NCBI GenBank assembly: GCA_964016885.1 | Contig: OZ024746.1 | Coordinates: 12,710,001 to 12,774,000, forward strand | Direction of reading: 5' to 3' | Length of the DNA stretch: 64,000 nucleotides | Source: Eledone cirrhosa | Lineage: Eukaryota | In this document: positions 1 through 14,610 of the stretch, one piece after another | How positions within the stretch are numbered: position 1 is the first letter of the stretch | Layout: every line of letters starts with the position of its first letter | Notes under the pieces: model-generated | The model's database searches: none | What the model was told of the DNA's origin: nothing | Seen by the model: only the letters and a program-made list of their open reading frames with translations | Position numbers and translations under genes: made by a program

Positions 1-1155
1 ATAACCCAGTCATAAGTAACCCTTATTACAAATCTATGGAGTGATAAATTAGGCAGAAATAGCACAATATCATCATTATCCTTTTACATCTACTTTCCAT
101 GCTTCCATACATTCTATTTTGGCATGGTTTCTATGTATGCCCTTCCTAATGCCAACCACTTCGCAACATGCACTAGGTTCATTTTCTCATGGCACCATCA
201 CTACCACCTACTTGACAGGGTGAACTGGGTACATTTTATCATGACACCAGCACTTCCACTTTGCAATATAAGCTTTGAGTTCAGATCTTGCCATAGTCAA
301 CCTTGTCTTTCATTCATACTAGGTCAATAAATATAAGTACCAGTAATATACTACCTACAACTACAAATATTGTCTTATACCTCGTGTCATCAATTCAATA
401 TCATGTATTGTTGTTTTGTCATGTTCGTTACATGTATTACTTCACAGCTAATTAATAAATAAGAGGTCACTAATTTTGGACAAAGTTAGCAATTTTTGGG
501 GAAAGGGAAAGTCGATCATATTGACCCCAGTACTTGACTGGTACTTTATTTTATCAACCTCAGAAGGAAGAAAGGCAAAATTGACTTTGGCAGGATCTGA
601 ACTCAGAGTGTAAAGAGTCAGAACAATTCAACCACTCCACTGGCCTTCACAGAGATGCTAAACTCCTAGTGAGCGAGGTTGAACAAATCTATTTCGATTC
701 CCAAATGTAACCTTCTAATTTATGTCCCTAAAGTCCTTAATACTTTTGATAACAAACCATGAGAAACTGACCCTGGCAAACTGTTTAATATAAAATGTTT
801 ATATTTATCTACAAATAATTTTATATAAAAACCTTTGTTAAGTTATGTTCCAAACACCAACTTAATAATGAGAAAATTAGTTATATTACTAAATCCTTCC
901 AAGTTCTGGATTATTATTAAAACTGTTTGAAAATCCAGGACAGTGTCTTTCATTAGAAATATGGTAATGAAAGGGTTTTAATGTCAAACAAGCTCATGTA
1001 TTTCCACATGTAGGCACAAGTTTCCCATATAAGAAGAGCTTTGAGACATTTGGAAGAAACCATTACTTCTACTTCTATAGTACATAAGTTGAGACAGTTG
1101 GCACCTCTCAACTGACAAAACTGCCAATCATCGTGGTTGAGATTTTACCTATCTC

Positions 1156-1407
1156 CAGGGGCCTCGTTTGCCTTTAAAATGAGAGGGGGACAAACCAACA
1201 TTTGTTGATTCTTAAAGGAGCATAAATTGCTTGTGGTGCCTTTCCCGGACCCTATCACATAAGTAAAATTTTACGCTAATTAAATTTTATATATTCAAAT
1301 GAAGTTCAGATATAAAAAAAATAAGCTTAAAAAGAATTTATTATATCAAATAAACAAAAAATAAAATAAAATGTTCCCTGGTACCCCCCTCAAAAACGAG
1401 GTCCTTG
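1156..1407. mobile_element. hAT-type MITE
   Basis: TIRs caggggcctcgttt / aaacgaggtccttg. 8-bp TSD cctatctc at 1148-1155 and 1408-1415. Confidence 0.88.
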
Positions 1408-1517
1408 CCTATCTCTATACCCACTCTACATCTCCCCATGTATTGAGTACTCCTATTATTAGGGGTCTCCTCAATCTCAGCACTGCAGACTCTATGTGTG
1501 TTATGCGTCTGTGTGTG

Positions 1518-1553
<36 letters not shown>

Positions 1554-1752
1554 TATATATATATATATATATGTACATATATATATATATATATATGTAC
1601 ATATATATATATATATGTGTGTATGTGTATATATATATATATATATACATATGTACATATATATATATATGTGTGTATGTGTATATATATATGTGTGTGT
1701 GCATGCGTACATATATATATATACATATGTACATATATATATACATATGTAC

Positions 1753-1806
<54 letters not shown>

Positions 1807-1981
1807 TATATACATACAGAATCACAGGTAAACGTTAGTTACTCACTAAACAGCCAGTTACTAAGTTAATGTTTACCAGAAAAGCCCATCGTCTCTAAGT
1901 AAAGCTAGTAATAAGAATAATAATAAATAAATTCTTATCTGTTCATGTCTAGTAAAACACACATTAGTAACACAAACATAC

Positions 1982-2016
<35 letters not shown>

Positions 2017-2291
2017 TATAAAAATAGGGTAAAACAAAATTTAAAAAATACACCAAATAAAATTTCTTGTCAAACTGGTCTACTTTTGGCAAATCTAACC
2101 ATGTTTGTTTGTCTTTCTTGCATTCTTGTTGCTTAATATATGTGTATATATATATATATACATACATATATATATCATCATCATCATCATCATGATATAT
2201 GTGTGTGTGTGGGTGCATGTGTGTGTGCGTATATATATGTGTGTATATATATATATATGTTTATATATACATATATATGTATGTGTATAAA

Positions 2292-2387
<96 letters not shown>

Positions 2388-2415
2388 TGTATATATATAT
2401 ATATATATATATACA

Positions 2416-2459
<44 letters not shown>

Positions 2460-2462
2460 TAT

Positions 2463-3035
2463 GCATGGGAGGGGGGGGTGAATAAGGACGGGTTGGAAGA
2501 AGTTTAGAGAGCTGCTTCCTCAGCTGACGAAGAAGGGTTTCTCCCTGCGTACGAAAGGCCGGTTGTATGATGCCTGTGTGAGGAGCGCGATGCTGCATGG
2601 TAGTGAGGCATGGGCAGTAACTGCAGAGGATATGTGATGGCTGGAGAGAAATGAGGCAAGCATGCTCTGTTGGATGTGCAATGTCAAGGTGCGTGAACGA
2701 CCCAGCATGAATGTGTTGAGAGAGAAACTGTCTGAGAGGGATAGAATGTAGTGTATGGGAGAGGAGACTCAGGTGGTATGGACATGTGATGCACATGGAG
2801 GATGACCGATGGGTGAAGAAGTGCCAGGAAATGCCAGTTGAAAGAAGACGTGGTAGAGGTAGACCACGAAAAACATGGGCGGAGGTGGTGAGAACAGACC
2901 TAGGATCGCTGAAGCTCACGGTGGAGATGACAAAGGACCGTGACAAGGGGAGAGATGCTGTGCTGAATAGGACCCGTCCCACCCTTGCAAGTAGGGAAAA
3001 GCGGACGTAAAATGCTGATGATGATGATGATGATG
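2463..3035 (+). mobile_element. RTE LINE family A 3' fragment
   Basis: GWKKFRELL..., [17 protein letters not shown]..., RGRPRKTW. Tail cccttgcaagtagggaaaagcggacgtaaaatg(atg)n. Confidence 0.92.
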
Positions 3036-3066
3036 CATATGTATATATATATATATATATATATAC

Positions 3067-3097
<31 letters not shown>

Positions 3098-3479
3098 TAT
3101 ATATGTATGTATATATATATGTATGTATATATATATGTATATATATATATATATATATGTGTATACATATATATAAACATATATATGTATGTATGTATAT
3201 ATATCCGTCTAACCCATGCTAGCATGGAAGAACGGACGTAAAACGGTGATGATGATGATGATGATATATATATAAGTGTGTGTATATAAATATAAATATA
3301 TATATATATATTTATTACATTATATTACATATATAGAAGCACACATATACACACAGAGATACCTGATCTTATACTAGCATAAATTTACAACTCATAAGTA
3401 GACCCTTTCAACCCTTTCAAACTGAAAGCACACACACAGTTCAGAAGTGATGTAAACTGTCATTATATCATTACACACA

Positions 3480-3668
3480 GGGCAGTAGATTGGCAGTATT
3501 GGTAGAGGGTCTGACGCCATGCTTTGCAGCAAAGAGTTACGGCCCTTTACGGTCTGAGTTCAAATCCCGCCGAAGTTAACTTTGCCTTTCATCCTTACGG
3601 GATCAATAAAATAAAGTACCAGTAATACACTGGATTAATTGCTGGCCCTGTGCTAAAAGTAGAAACAT
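3480..3668 (+). mobile_element. tRNA-headed SINE family 2
   Basis: A box tggcagtattgg, B box gagttcaaatccc, core ctttgcctttcatcct...ataaaataaagtaccagta. Many copies: 35226-35410, 40724-40912, 40928-41125, 46590-46730 (+); 475-615, 28335-28470, 32700-32866, 47824-47996, 62133-62318 (-). Confidence 0.88.
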
Positions 3669-3956
3669 TTATATCATTACATATTTCTATATATTCTTAA
3701 TGCATATATATATATATATATGCATTAAGGATTTGTTTCCTTGAACAAGACACTTTATTTCACATTGCTCCAGTTTACTCAGCTGTAGAAATGAGATGAT
3801 AGAGACTGGGGTCCATATCATTCCACTGTAAACTGGTCGTGGAGGTGCCACGGCAAAAAGGCATCCAGTACTCACTGTAAATGAGCTGTAGAAATCAAGC
3901 CAGAATCAGTTCCCATCCCACTCTTGCAAGCAGGGAAAAGCGGACTTAAAATGATG

Positions 3957-3989
<33 letters not shown>

Positions 3990-4144
3990 CAAAGGAGGTG
4001 TGGTAAGGAACCAGATGGACCATAATGCACCAGAGTACTCAATACTTAGGGTAGTAGTGTGGGTAATAGAAAAATGTTTGACGCCGACGGCAGAGCTCAA
4101 GCCGTCGAAACGGCTTGAGTTCTGCCGTCGGCGTCCAACATTTT

Positions 4145-4186
<42 letters not shown>

Positions 4187-4419
4187 TATATATGTGTGTG
4201 TGGCTACACACTAATGGTAGTAAATGACTTAATCAGTAGAATATCATATAAAATGTCCCTGCAGTATTTAGGTATAAAACTGTGTCCTCAGCTCAAATCT
4301 CTCTGTAGTTGACTTTGTCATTCTACAGAGTCGTCATTAAAATAAAGTACAAAACAAAGTACAAGTCAACTGTGTTGATTTAATTGACTATTCTTATAAA
4401 AAATGGTTGACCTTGTAGC

Positions 4420-4692
4420 CAAGGGCCTTGTTTCAGGAGGGTACCAGGGGACAAGTCCCCCATCCCCCCACATACACACACTTTTCCAAACGTCTATATT
4501 TCATATAATAAATTTTTTTTAAGCTTATTCTTTTATATCTGAACTTCATTTGAATATATAAAATTTAATTAGCGTAACATTTTACTTATGTAATCGGGTC
4601 CGAGAAAGGCACCAAAAGCAATTTATGCTCCTTTAAGAATCAACAAATGTTGGTTCGTCCCCCTCACATTTTTAAGGCAAACAAGGCCCCTA
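4420..4692. mobile_element. hAT-type MITE, same family, opposite orientation
   Basis: Reverse-complement match to 1156-1407. 8-bp TSD cttgtagc at 4412-4419 and 4693-4700. Confidence 0.88.
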
Positions 4693-4917
4693 CTTGTAGC
4701 TATAGTTAGAAACTACTTTTACTGAGTTATGACTGACTTAATCCCTATAGAACCACACAATATACCTTGCAGGATTGTAAAATACTTTTACATTGTGACG
4801 TCAAATATCTGCTGAGTTTGCCAAGTTTCATTGATGATGATGATCATAGTGATGATTGCGATGATGATGATGATGACGATGACGATGACGATGATGATGA
4901 TGATGATGATGATGATG

Positions 4918-4949
<32 letters not shown>

Positions 4950-5055
4950 AGTGATGATTGTGGTGATGATGATGACAACATTGATTTGATGATTACATAT
5001 TGATAAAATTGAGGAAGGTAAACAGGAATACATTTGAAAAATTAGATGTGTTGGG

Positions 5056-7176
5056 AAACCCTAAGACCATCTAAAAATACATCTAAACCCTAAGACCATG
5101 TAAACCCTAAGACCATGTAAACACTAAGACCATCTAAACCCTAAGACCATCTAAACCCTAAGACCATGTAAACACTAAGACCATCTAAACCCTAAGACCA
5201 TCTAAACCCTAAGACCATCTAAACCCTAAGACCATGTAAACCCTAAGACCATGTAAACACTAAGACCATCTAAACCCTAAGACCATCTAAACCCTAAGAC
5301 CACGTAAACACTAAGACCATCTAAACCCTAAGACCATGTAAACCCTAAGACCATCTAAACCCTAAGACCATGTAAACCCTAAGACCATGTAAACACTAAG
5401 ACCATCTAAACCCTAAGACCATCTAAACCCTAAGACCATGTAAACACTAAGACCATGTAAACACTAAGACCATGTAAACACTAAGACCATCTAAACCCTA
5501 AGACCATGTAAACCCTAAGACCATCTAAACCCTAAGACCATGTAAACCCTAAGACCATCTAAACCCTAAGACTATCTAAACCCTAAGACCATGTAAACAC
5601 TAAGACCATCTAAACCCTAAGACTATCTAAACCCTAAGACCATGTAAACACTAAGACCATCTAAACACTAAGACCATCTAAACACTAAGACCATCTAAAC
5701 CCTAAGACCATGTAAACACTAAGACCATCTAAACACTATGACCATCTAAACCCTAAGACCATCTAAACCCTAAGACCATGTAAACACTAAGACCATGTAA
5801 ACACTATGACCATGTAAACACTATGACCATGTAAACACTAAGACCATCTAAACCCTAAGACCATCTAAACACTAAGACCATCTAAACCCTAAGACCATCT
5901 AAACCCTAAGACCATGTAAACCCTAAGACCATCTAAACACTAAGACCATCTAAACCCTAAGACCATGTAAACACTAAGACCATCTAAACACTATGACCAT
6001 CTAAACCCTAAGACCATGTAAACACTAAGACCATGTAAACACTATGACCATGTAAACACTATGACCATGAAAACACTAAGAACATCTAAACCCTAAGACC
6101 ATCTAAACACTAAGACCATCTAAACCCTAAGACCATCTAAACCCTAAGACCATGTAAACCCTAAGACCATCTAAACACTAAGACCATCTAAACCCTAAGA
6201 CCATCTAAACCCTACGACCATGTAAACACTAAGACAATGTAAACACTAAGACCATCTAAACACTAAGACCATCTAAACCCTAAGACCATCTAAACCCTAA
6301 GACCATGTAAACACTAAGACCATGTAAACACTATGACCATGTAAACACTAAGACCATCTAAACCCTAAGACCATCTAAACACTAAGACCATCTAAACCCT
6401 AAGACCATCTAAACCCTAAGACCATGTAAACCCTAAGACCATCTAAACCCTAAGACCATGTAAACCCTAAGACCATGTAAACACTAAGACCATCTAAACA
6501 CTATGACCATCTAAACCCTAAGACCATGTAAACACTAAGACCATGTAAACACTATGACCATGTAAACACTATGACCATGTAAACACTAAGACCATCTAAA
6601 CCCTAAGACCATCTAAACACTAAGACCATCTAAACCCTAAGACCATCTAAACCCTAAGACCATGTAAACCCTAAGACCATCTAAACACTAAGACCATCTA
6701 AACCCTAAGACCATCTAAACCCTAAGACCATGTAAACACTAAGACCATGTAAACACTAAGACCATCTAAACACTAAGACCATCTAAACCCTAAGACCATC
6801 TAAACCCTAAGACCATCTAAACCCTAAGACCATGTAAACACTAAGACCATCTAAACACTAAGACCATCTAAACACTAAGACCATCTAAACCCTAAGACCA
6901 TCTAAACCCTAAGACCATCTAAACCCTAAGACCATCTAAACACTAAGACCATCTAAACACTAAGACCATCTAAACCCTAAGACCATCTAAACCCTAAGAC
7001 CATCTAAACACTAAGACCATCTAAACCTTAAGACCATCTAAACCCTAAGACCATCTAAACACTAAGACCATCTAAACCCTAAGACCATCTAAACCGTAAG
7101 ACCATCTAAACACTAAGACCATCTAAACCCTAAGACCATGTAAACACCAAGACCATGTAAACACTATGACCATCTA
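5056..7176. repeat. 17-bp minisatellite TAAAC(C/A)CTAAGACCAT(C/G), ~120 units
   Basis: Direct reading of the tandem units. Confidence 0.97.
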
Positions 7177-7408
7177 TTATCAAAGCTATTATCATTAGTA
7201 ATGGTGATAATGGTGATTTTCAGTCATGTCAGTAGATGTGGTAAGCAATTGTATTACTACAGCTTGCTATAAGAGTGAGTCAAGATGTCAAGGATGACAT
7301 TGCATAAAGTTATCCATAAACCAAGCCTTCATTAAATATATGTATTCTTTTATTCTTCATCATCATCATCATTTTACGTCCGCTTTTCCCTGCTTGCAAG
7401 GGTGGGAC

Positions 7409-7462
<54 letters not shown>

Positions 7463-7466
7463 TATA

Positions 7467-7500
<34 letters not shown>

Positions 7501-7553
7501 TATACATACATATATATATATGTATAAATATATATATGTATAAATATATATAC

Positions 7554-7917
7554 GACCGTGACCTCTGGCGTCACGCAGTAATACAGAGTACCCGACCTCC
7601 CATGGGTACAAGCTGAAGCAAGCATATAGACAAAATGCCCCACACCCTCCCACTGCAAGGTGGTCGTGGAGGTGCCACGGCAAAAAAGCACCCAGCCCAC
7701 ACTGTAAAGTGGACGTGTAGGCGCCACGGAAAAAGCACCCAGCACTCACTGTAAATGAGGTTGGTGTAGGAAGGGCATCCAGCTGTAGAAATCAAGCCAG
7801 ATCAGTTCCTGTATGAGCAAGGCATGGTCAGCCGACCAGACACTGCCCACAACAGGACAACCCGTCTAACCCATGCTAGCGTGGAAGAACGGACGTAAAA
7901 CGGTGATGATGATGATG
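7554..7917 (+). mobile_element. RTE LINE family C 3' end (ORF terminus + long 3'UTR)
   Basis: Starts [20 protein letters not shown], comparable to DRDLWRYSV in family B. UTR ends ccgtctaacccatgctagcgtggaagaacggacgtaaaacgg(tga)n. Related pieces at 25630-25870, 54625-54760, 57827-57990 and 3205-3265. Confidence 0.8.
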
Positions 7918-7938
7918 TATAAATATATATATGTATAA

Positions 7939-7997
<59 letters not shown>

Positions 7998-8508
7998 CGT
8001 ACCAATGTGTTTTGGTACCCTTGAAATATATATAATAAAATAAATATGGTTTTATAAATATAGTTTCCATTTATTTAATATCATTGAATATTTACTCCAG
8101 TAACTTGTTGAGTGCTCTAAATCAGTTATAAACATTTATATTTGTCGGACTTCCAACAAATTAAATACCCCTTCTACTTATATATATATATATATATATA
8201 TATAGGAACGAGTAGGACCCCGACGGCAGAGCTCAAGCCGTTTCGATGGCTAATTCTGGACTAAAAAAGTCCAGAATTAGCCGTCGAAACGGATTGAGCT
8301 CAGCCGTCGGGGTCCTACTTGTTCCTATTACCCACTCTACTACTCTAAGTATTGAGTACTTTGGTGCGTTATGGCCCATCTGGTTCCTTACCACATTTCC
8401 TTTGTTATATATATGTATATATATATATATATATAACGTACAGATACACATGCACACAGATATATATATATATATCTGTGTGCATGTGTATCTGTACGTT
8501 TCTATGTT

Positions 8509-8577
<69 letters not shown>

Positions 8578-8696
8578 CAAAAAGATAATAAAAAGAAAGA
8601 GAGAGAGAAAATATGTGTATGTGAGAAAAAGGGAGGCAGATAGATTTTCACAGGCTTTAACAATAGCATACACACACCATACTTTCAACTACACAC

Positions 8697-8736
<40 letters not shown>

Positions 8737-8781
8737 GTGTGTATATATGTGTGTGTGTGCGTGTGCGTGTATTTGTATATA

Positions 8782-8835
<54 letters not shown>

Positions 8836-8857
8836 TTTATACACACACACACACATA

Positions 8858-8942
<85 letters not shown>

Positions 8943-9092
8943 AAATAAATAGTTGTAGTTTGCATCATTTGGCTGTGGGAGGGAGGGGGCCCACAAATGC
9001 CATTAGGTTGGAAGGAGAGGGGGAGGGGGGAGCAGCAAGCAGAAGAATTAGGGTGGGAATTGCAGGAGAGTACACCTCTCCTCCTCCTCCTC

Positions 9093-9125
<33 letters not shown>

Positions 9126-9222
9126 AAGTAATTGAATTGATGTTGATATGCCCAGATATCCTGATTATTCACAGGCATATATATATATATGTGCATGGTG
9201 TGTCTGTGTAATTATATATATA

Positions 9223-9286
<64 letters not shown>

Positions 9287-9429
9287 ATATATATTATATA
9301 TATATATTATATATTATATATATATATTATATATATATATATATATACTTGCACATGTGAACACATTTTCATATGCATACATATATATACATATACAAAC
9401 ACACATAAAAATATATAAGTGTGTGTGTG

Positions 9430-9495
<66 letters not shown>

Positions 9496-9756
9496 TACAG
9501 GTACATATTCATACATACACATACATACATTACTGCACCTGGCAAATCAAGTGTGTAACCCAGACAGTTTTTAATAGAAGTGAAATGATAAAGTGGTTAT
9601 GTTACTTAACTGATGGACTGTGAGTTCAAATATGCTGATAGTATTTTATTCTGGGTTTGAGACAGAACTCTTTAACCCTTTTGATACTAACATGACCAAT
9701 ATATGGGACAATATGACCAAAAAAAAAATCACCTATTTTGAAAGATTCTTATTTAA

Positions 9757-9963
9757 CCCTTTAGCATTCACATTACTCTATATATACTATTGTATTTTCA
9801 CAGTAAAGGCTTTATCTCACATAATATCGAATCTATGAAGTTTTGAAAGTATTTATTTTGAGAACAATACCTTAACATCAGTTTGAGCGACCAGTTACAG
9901 CCTGTTTCAACAGAAAAGGATAGAGAATTCTGGCCGGTTTTGGCCGGTTTGAACATTAAAGGG
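9757..9963. mobile_element. piggyBac-type MITE family 1
   Basis: TTAA|CCCTTTAGCATT...TAAAGGG|TTAA. Confidence 0.85.
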
Positions 9964-9991
9964 TTAAAGTAAAATCTCCCAACATAATATA

Positions 9992-10150
9992 AAAACATGG
10001 GCGTAAGTGGTGAGAGCAGACTTCAGATCGCTAAAACTGACCGAGGAGATGACGAAGGACCGTGATAAGTAGAGAGATGCTGTGTTGAATAGGACCCGTC
10101 CAACCCTAGCAAGCAGGAAAAAGCGGACGTAAAATGATGATGATGATAAT
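9992..10150 (+). mobile_element. RTE family A extreme 3' end (similar pieces at 53040-53170, 43693-43845 and 7358-7410 minus)
   Basis: Nucleotide match to the family A ORF end and tail. Confidence 0.8.
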
Positions 10151-10399
10151 GATATATATATATATATATACACATATATATATATATACACACACATATG
10201 TTTATATACACACATATATATATATATATATACATTCACGTGTATGTATATATATATACATATATATACACACATACACATATATGTTTATATACACACA
10301 TATATATATACATTCACGTGTATGAATATATATATACATACATAACCATCCAATATGGCCTGACCTACCCCTGTGTACCATCTCCCTCATATATATATA

Positions 10400-10448
<49 letters not shown>

Positions 10449-10649
10449 TATACATACATATACACATACATATATATACAGACACATACTCATGAGGCAT
10501 TCCAAAAGTTTCAACATACTTAATGACATAACAAAAGAATACTTTTATTTTATTTATTTATATTTTGGATCATAGTTTTGTTCAAAACTTTTAGAAAATC
10601 CTCCATACACCCATCCTTAAGTACATAGTTACATACACACATTATATAT

Positions 10650-10934
10650 CATCATCATCATCATCATCATCAGGTTTAGCGTCCGTGTTCCACGCTTGCA
10701 TGGGTTTGGACGGGGGTTTCCCCACTTGAGGCAAGAGTGATTGTCTTGCTAGCATAGGACTGTCTGGCGGGTTTTCTACAGTTGGATGCCCTTCCTAACA
10801 CCAACCACATTTACAGTGTGGGACTGGGACGTTTTACCGTGTTGCCTACACGGCCACATTACAGCGTGGACTGTGTGTTTTTTTGTCGTGACACCTACAC
10901 GATCTCATTTGTTTCGGCCTGGATGGTGTGGCAC

Positions 10935-10940
<6 letters not shown>
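10650..10940 (-). mobile_element. RTE family B 3'UTR fragment
   Basis: Matches the family B UTR and tail (gtccgtgttccacgcttgcatgggtttggacg). Confidence 0.85.
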
Positions 10941-10965
<25 letters not shown>

Positions 10966-12147
10966 AGCTCATCATTCATGTATATATAGATACAGATAGA
11001 TAGAGAAATACACACACGTATGCTCACATACATCCACTCACACACATATTACATATTCTCTGGTTCAGCCTCACCTATAAAGTCAACATTCACATAAGCA
11101 TGTTCTCCATACACACACACACACACACACATACATACATACACACATACATACACACATTCGTACATACATAGATATACATACACATACATACATACAC
11201 ACACACACATACACACACATTCATACATACATAGATATACATACACATACATACATACACATACATACACACACACACACACACACATACATCTCACCAG
11301 AACTTCCCAATGAATCCCTCACTATGCTAAATATCTCCACCCCCCCCCCCCCCCCCCGCTACCACCACCACCTCCCTCAACATCACCAACACAACGTCAC
11401 CATCATCGTCGCCACCACCACCACCACCAACAACAACATCCATGTCCTCAACATTACCAACACCAATGTTAACATCACCATCATCACCACCACCAGTACC
11501 ACCACAAATACTATTACCATCCTCACCACCACCACCACCAACACCACCATCCTCAATACCACCACCACCAGTAACACCACCATCCTCAATACCACCACCA
11601 CCAGTAACACCACCACCACCACCACTAACACCACTACCACTAACACCACCACCACCACCACCACCACTACCACCACCACCACTACCACCACTAACATCAC
11701 CACTAACACCACCACCACCACTAACACCACCACCACTACCACCACCACTAACACCACCACCACCAGACCCCCCTTCCTTAGGAAGCCCTTCTACATCACA
11801 GCCTAGCTGTCATCATTATCATCTAATTCTATCAGAGAAGAGGAGATAAGAATGTAAAATATGTGTCCACTCATATCATGTGATCGTTAGAAGATGGTGT
11901 AATATAATGCTGTTGTTATTACTGGCAATGATGGTGATGATAGCAACAATAGTAGTAGGGGCAGTGATGGTGGTGATGGTGGTGATGGTGGTGATTTTGG
12001 TGATGAATCATGATGATGATGATGGTGATTATGGGGAAGGGCATGACGGTGATGATGATGATGGTGATGGTGATGATGATTATGATGGTGATGATGAATG
12101 GGGAGTTTCAATCTTTATAATGACCATATCATATAAATATTTAATTC

Positions 12148-12964
12148 CTTACCGATATGTAGGAAAGGAACTGGCATAAATTCCATAAAATGTACTCAAT
12201 GCAGATCTTGGGTACACAAGAGATGTAGTGGGATAGCAGGCAAACTAACAGGTAGAGAAAACTACGTATGCAGTAGATGTACAGGGAAAGTTGGCAGTAG
12301 TAATCGCAGTGGTAGACATATTTTTCCAATGCAGGTGGGTTCTATAGAAGTGGTTGATAGCTTCCGATACCTAGGTGATCAGATTAGCATGGGAGGGGGT
12401 GGGGGGTTCCGAGGCCATAGTATCTAGAATAAGGACGGATTGGAAGAAGTTTAGGGAGCTGCTTCCTCTGTTGACAAAGAAGGGTTTCTCCCTGCGTATG
12501 AAAGGACGGTTATATGATACCTGTGTGAGATGCGCGATGCTGCATGGTAGTGAGACATGGGCAGCAACTGCAGAAGATATGCAACGGCTGGAGAGAAATG
12601 AAGCACGTATGCTCCGTTGGATGTACAATGTCAATGTGCGTGAACGGCCAAGCATAGACGAGTTGAGAAAGAAACTGGGTATAAGAGGGATAATATGTGG
12701 AGTGCAGAGAAGACTGCGATGGTATGGACATGTGATGATCATGGAGGATGACTACTGGGTAAAAAAGTGCCAAGAAATCCCAGTAGAAGGAAGACGCAGT
12801 AGAGGTAGACCATGAAAAACATGGGCGGAGGTGGTGAGAGCAGACCTCAAATCGCTGAAACTCACCGAGGAGATGACGAAGACCGTGACAAGTGGAGAGA
12901 TGCTGTGCTGAATAGGACCTGTCCAACCCTAGCAAGCAGGGAAAAGCAGACGTAAAATGATGAT
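12148..12964 (+). mobile_element. RTE LINE family A, decayed 3' portion including PHD-like finger
   Basis: PICRKGTGINSIKCTQCRSWVHKRCSG...VCSRC, then SFRYLG, LHGSETW and RLRWYGHV, with frameshifts. Ends in the family A tail. Confidence 0.92.
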
Positions 12965-13582
12965 ATATATATAAAGAAAGAGAATCTTGTTGAAATTAGA
13001 TCCAATCTTAAGTCATGTATAGTCTATGAATACTGCAGATCCCTTGACCCTCTCCTTTATATTATCAATATACTTCCAGTAGAAGTAAAGGAGCCAAGCT
13101 GATATATTTTTGGACTATTGGAAAATTAAAGGTCCTAAATTCAGATCAGGTCTTTGTTGTTGCTGTTGGTAGTGGACATCGGAACTCTTCTGGTCAAAAT
13201 GATACAAAAGCTTGGTTCATAAACTTTGGTTACATTACAGTTATTACAATATTTATTATGTTTATGGCTATGGTTCAGTGATGCTGTTTCTTACATTGTA
13301 ACTAGCAGAATATTACATTTAAAAAATAGCAAATCCTGAAGTGTTAGAAATTTTCCATGCTTGCAGGGGTTGGACAGGACATTTTGAGGCAGTGTTTTAT
13401 AGTCAGATGTCCTTCCTCATGCCAATTCTTTTAATTGCCTTTTATGACAAACAAGGATGTTACACCCTTTTGGAAAACCAACATACAGTATCACATACAT
13501 GTGTATATACAAACACACACATACATAGATGCTTGTGTAATGACATATTCATTTCTATACCTGTATATATATATATATATAT

Positions 13583-13796
13583 ATAGGAACCAGTAAGACC
13601 CCGACACCTGAGCTCAAGCCGTTTCGACGGCTAATTCTGGACTAAAATTCATTTTAGTCCAGAATTAGCCGTCGAAACGGCTTGAGCTCAGCTGTCGGGG
13701 TCTTACTGGTTCCTATTACCCACTCTACTACCTCAAGTATTGAGTACTTTGGTGCGTTATGGTCCACCTGGTTCCTTACCACATTTCCTTCGTTAT
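13583..13796 (+). mobile_element. Short fold-back element with 3' half of a hammerhead (family H2); other copies at 8202-8408 (+) and 3986-4149 (-)
   Basis: 134-bp palindrome plus a shared ~80-bp tail, flanked by (TA)n on both sides in all three copies. Confidence 0.75.
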
Positions 13797-14385
13797 ATAT
13801 ATATATATATATATATATCATCATGGTTGTTTAACATCCATTTTCCACACTAACATAGGTTATATATATATATTAGTTTATGCTTATCTAACTAGGTATA
13901 CACATGCACAAACAAATATAAATGAAATACATATAGTGTTGCATGAACATTAAAAAAAAACCATTGTCCCAGCAATAGAGAGAGCAACACAAGAAATATG
14001 TCACCCACCATCACCAACAATAACAACAAGATATACACTATTCATTACATAGAGGGAAGAACAAAGAAAGAAATAGATAAATAGGTAGATGTATAGATAG
14101 CCAAACTAGTTTCAAATCACCTTGACACCTTCCGTTCATTGACTGACTGCACCCACCAGTCAGTAAGACTCCATGATCTGTGCCATTGCTTGAATTACCA
14201 ATATAGTAATATAAAGCCCTCTGCTGCACACTAAAACCACAGGTTGACTATTATTATCTTAATCGTCATCAGAAAGACATACGTTGTAAGATAAAATCAG
14301 TTGCAAGGGATATTTCACCCCTTCCCCCTCTCGTGTTTCCTATCTATATGTGTGTATGTGACAAAATGACATACACACACACACA

Positions 14386-14451
<66 letters not shown>

Positions 14452-14452
<1 letters not shown>

Positions 14453-14539
14453 TATATATATACATATACATATATATATATGTATATATACACATATATA
14501 TATACATATATACATACATATATATATATATATATATAC

Positions 14540-14574
<35 letters not shown>

Positions 14575-14575
14575 C

Positions 14576-14610
<35 letters not shown>

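Noticed and set aside
5056-7176. CRISPR array or true telomere
   Set aside because: No unique spacers and a eukaryotic context; the unit is 17 bp rather than contiguous TTAGGG.
9578-9619. Apparent small exon with GTGAGT donor
   Set aside because: The donor is more simply explained as the gagttcaaat B box of a decayed SINE.
10492-10606. Possible mariner-type MITE
   Set aside because: Terminal inverted match is too degenerate to support.
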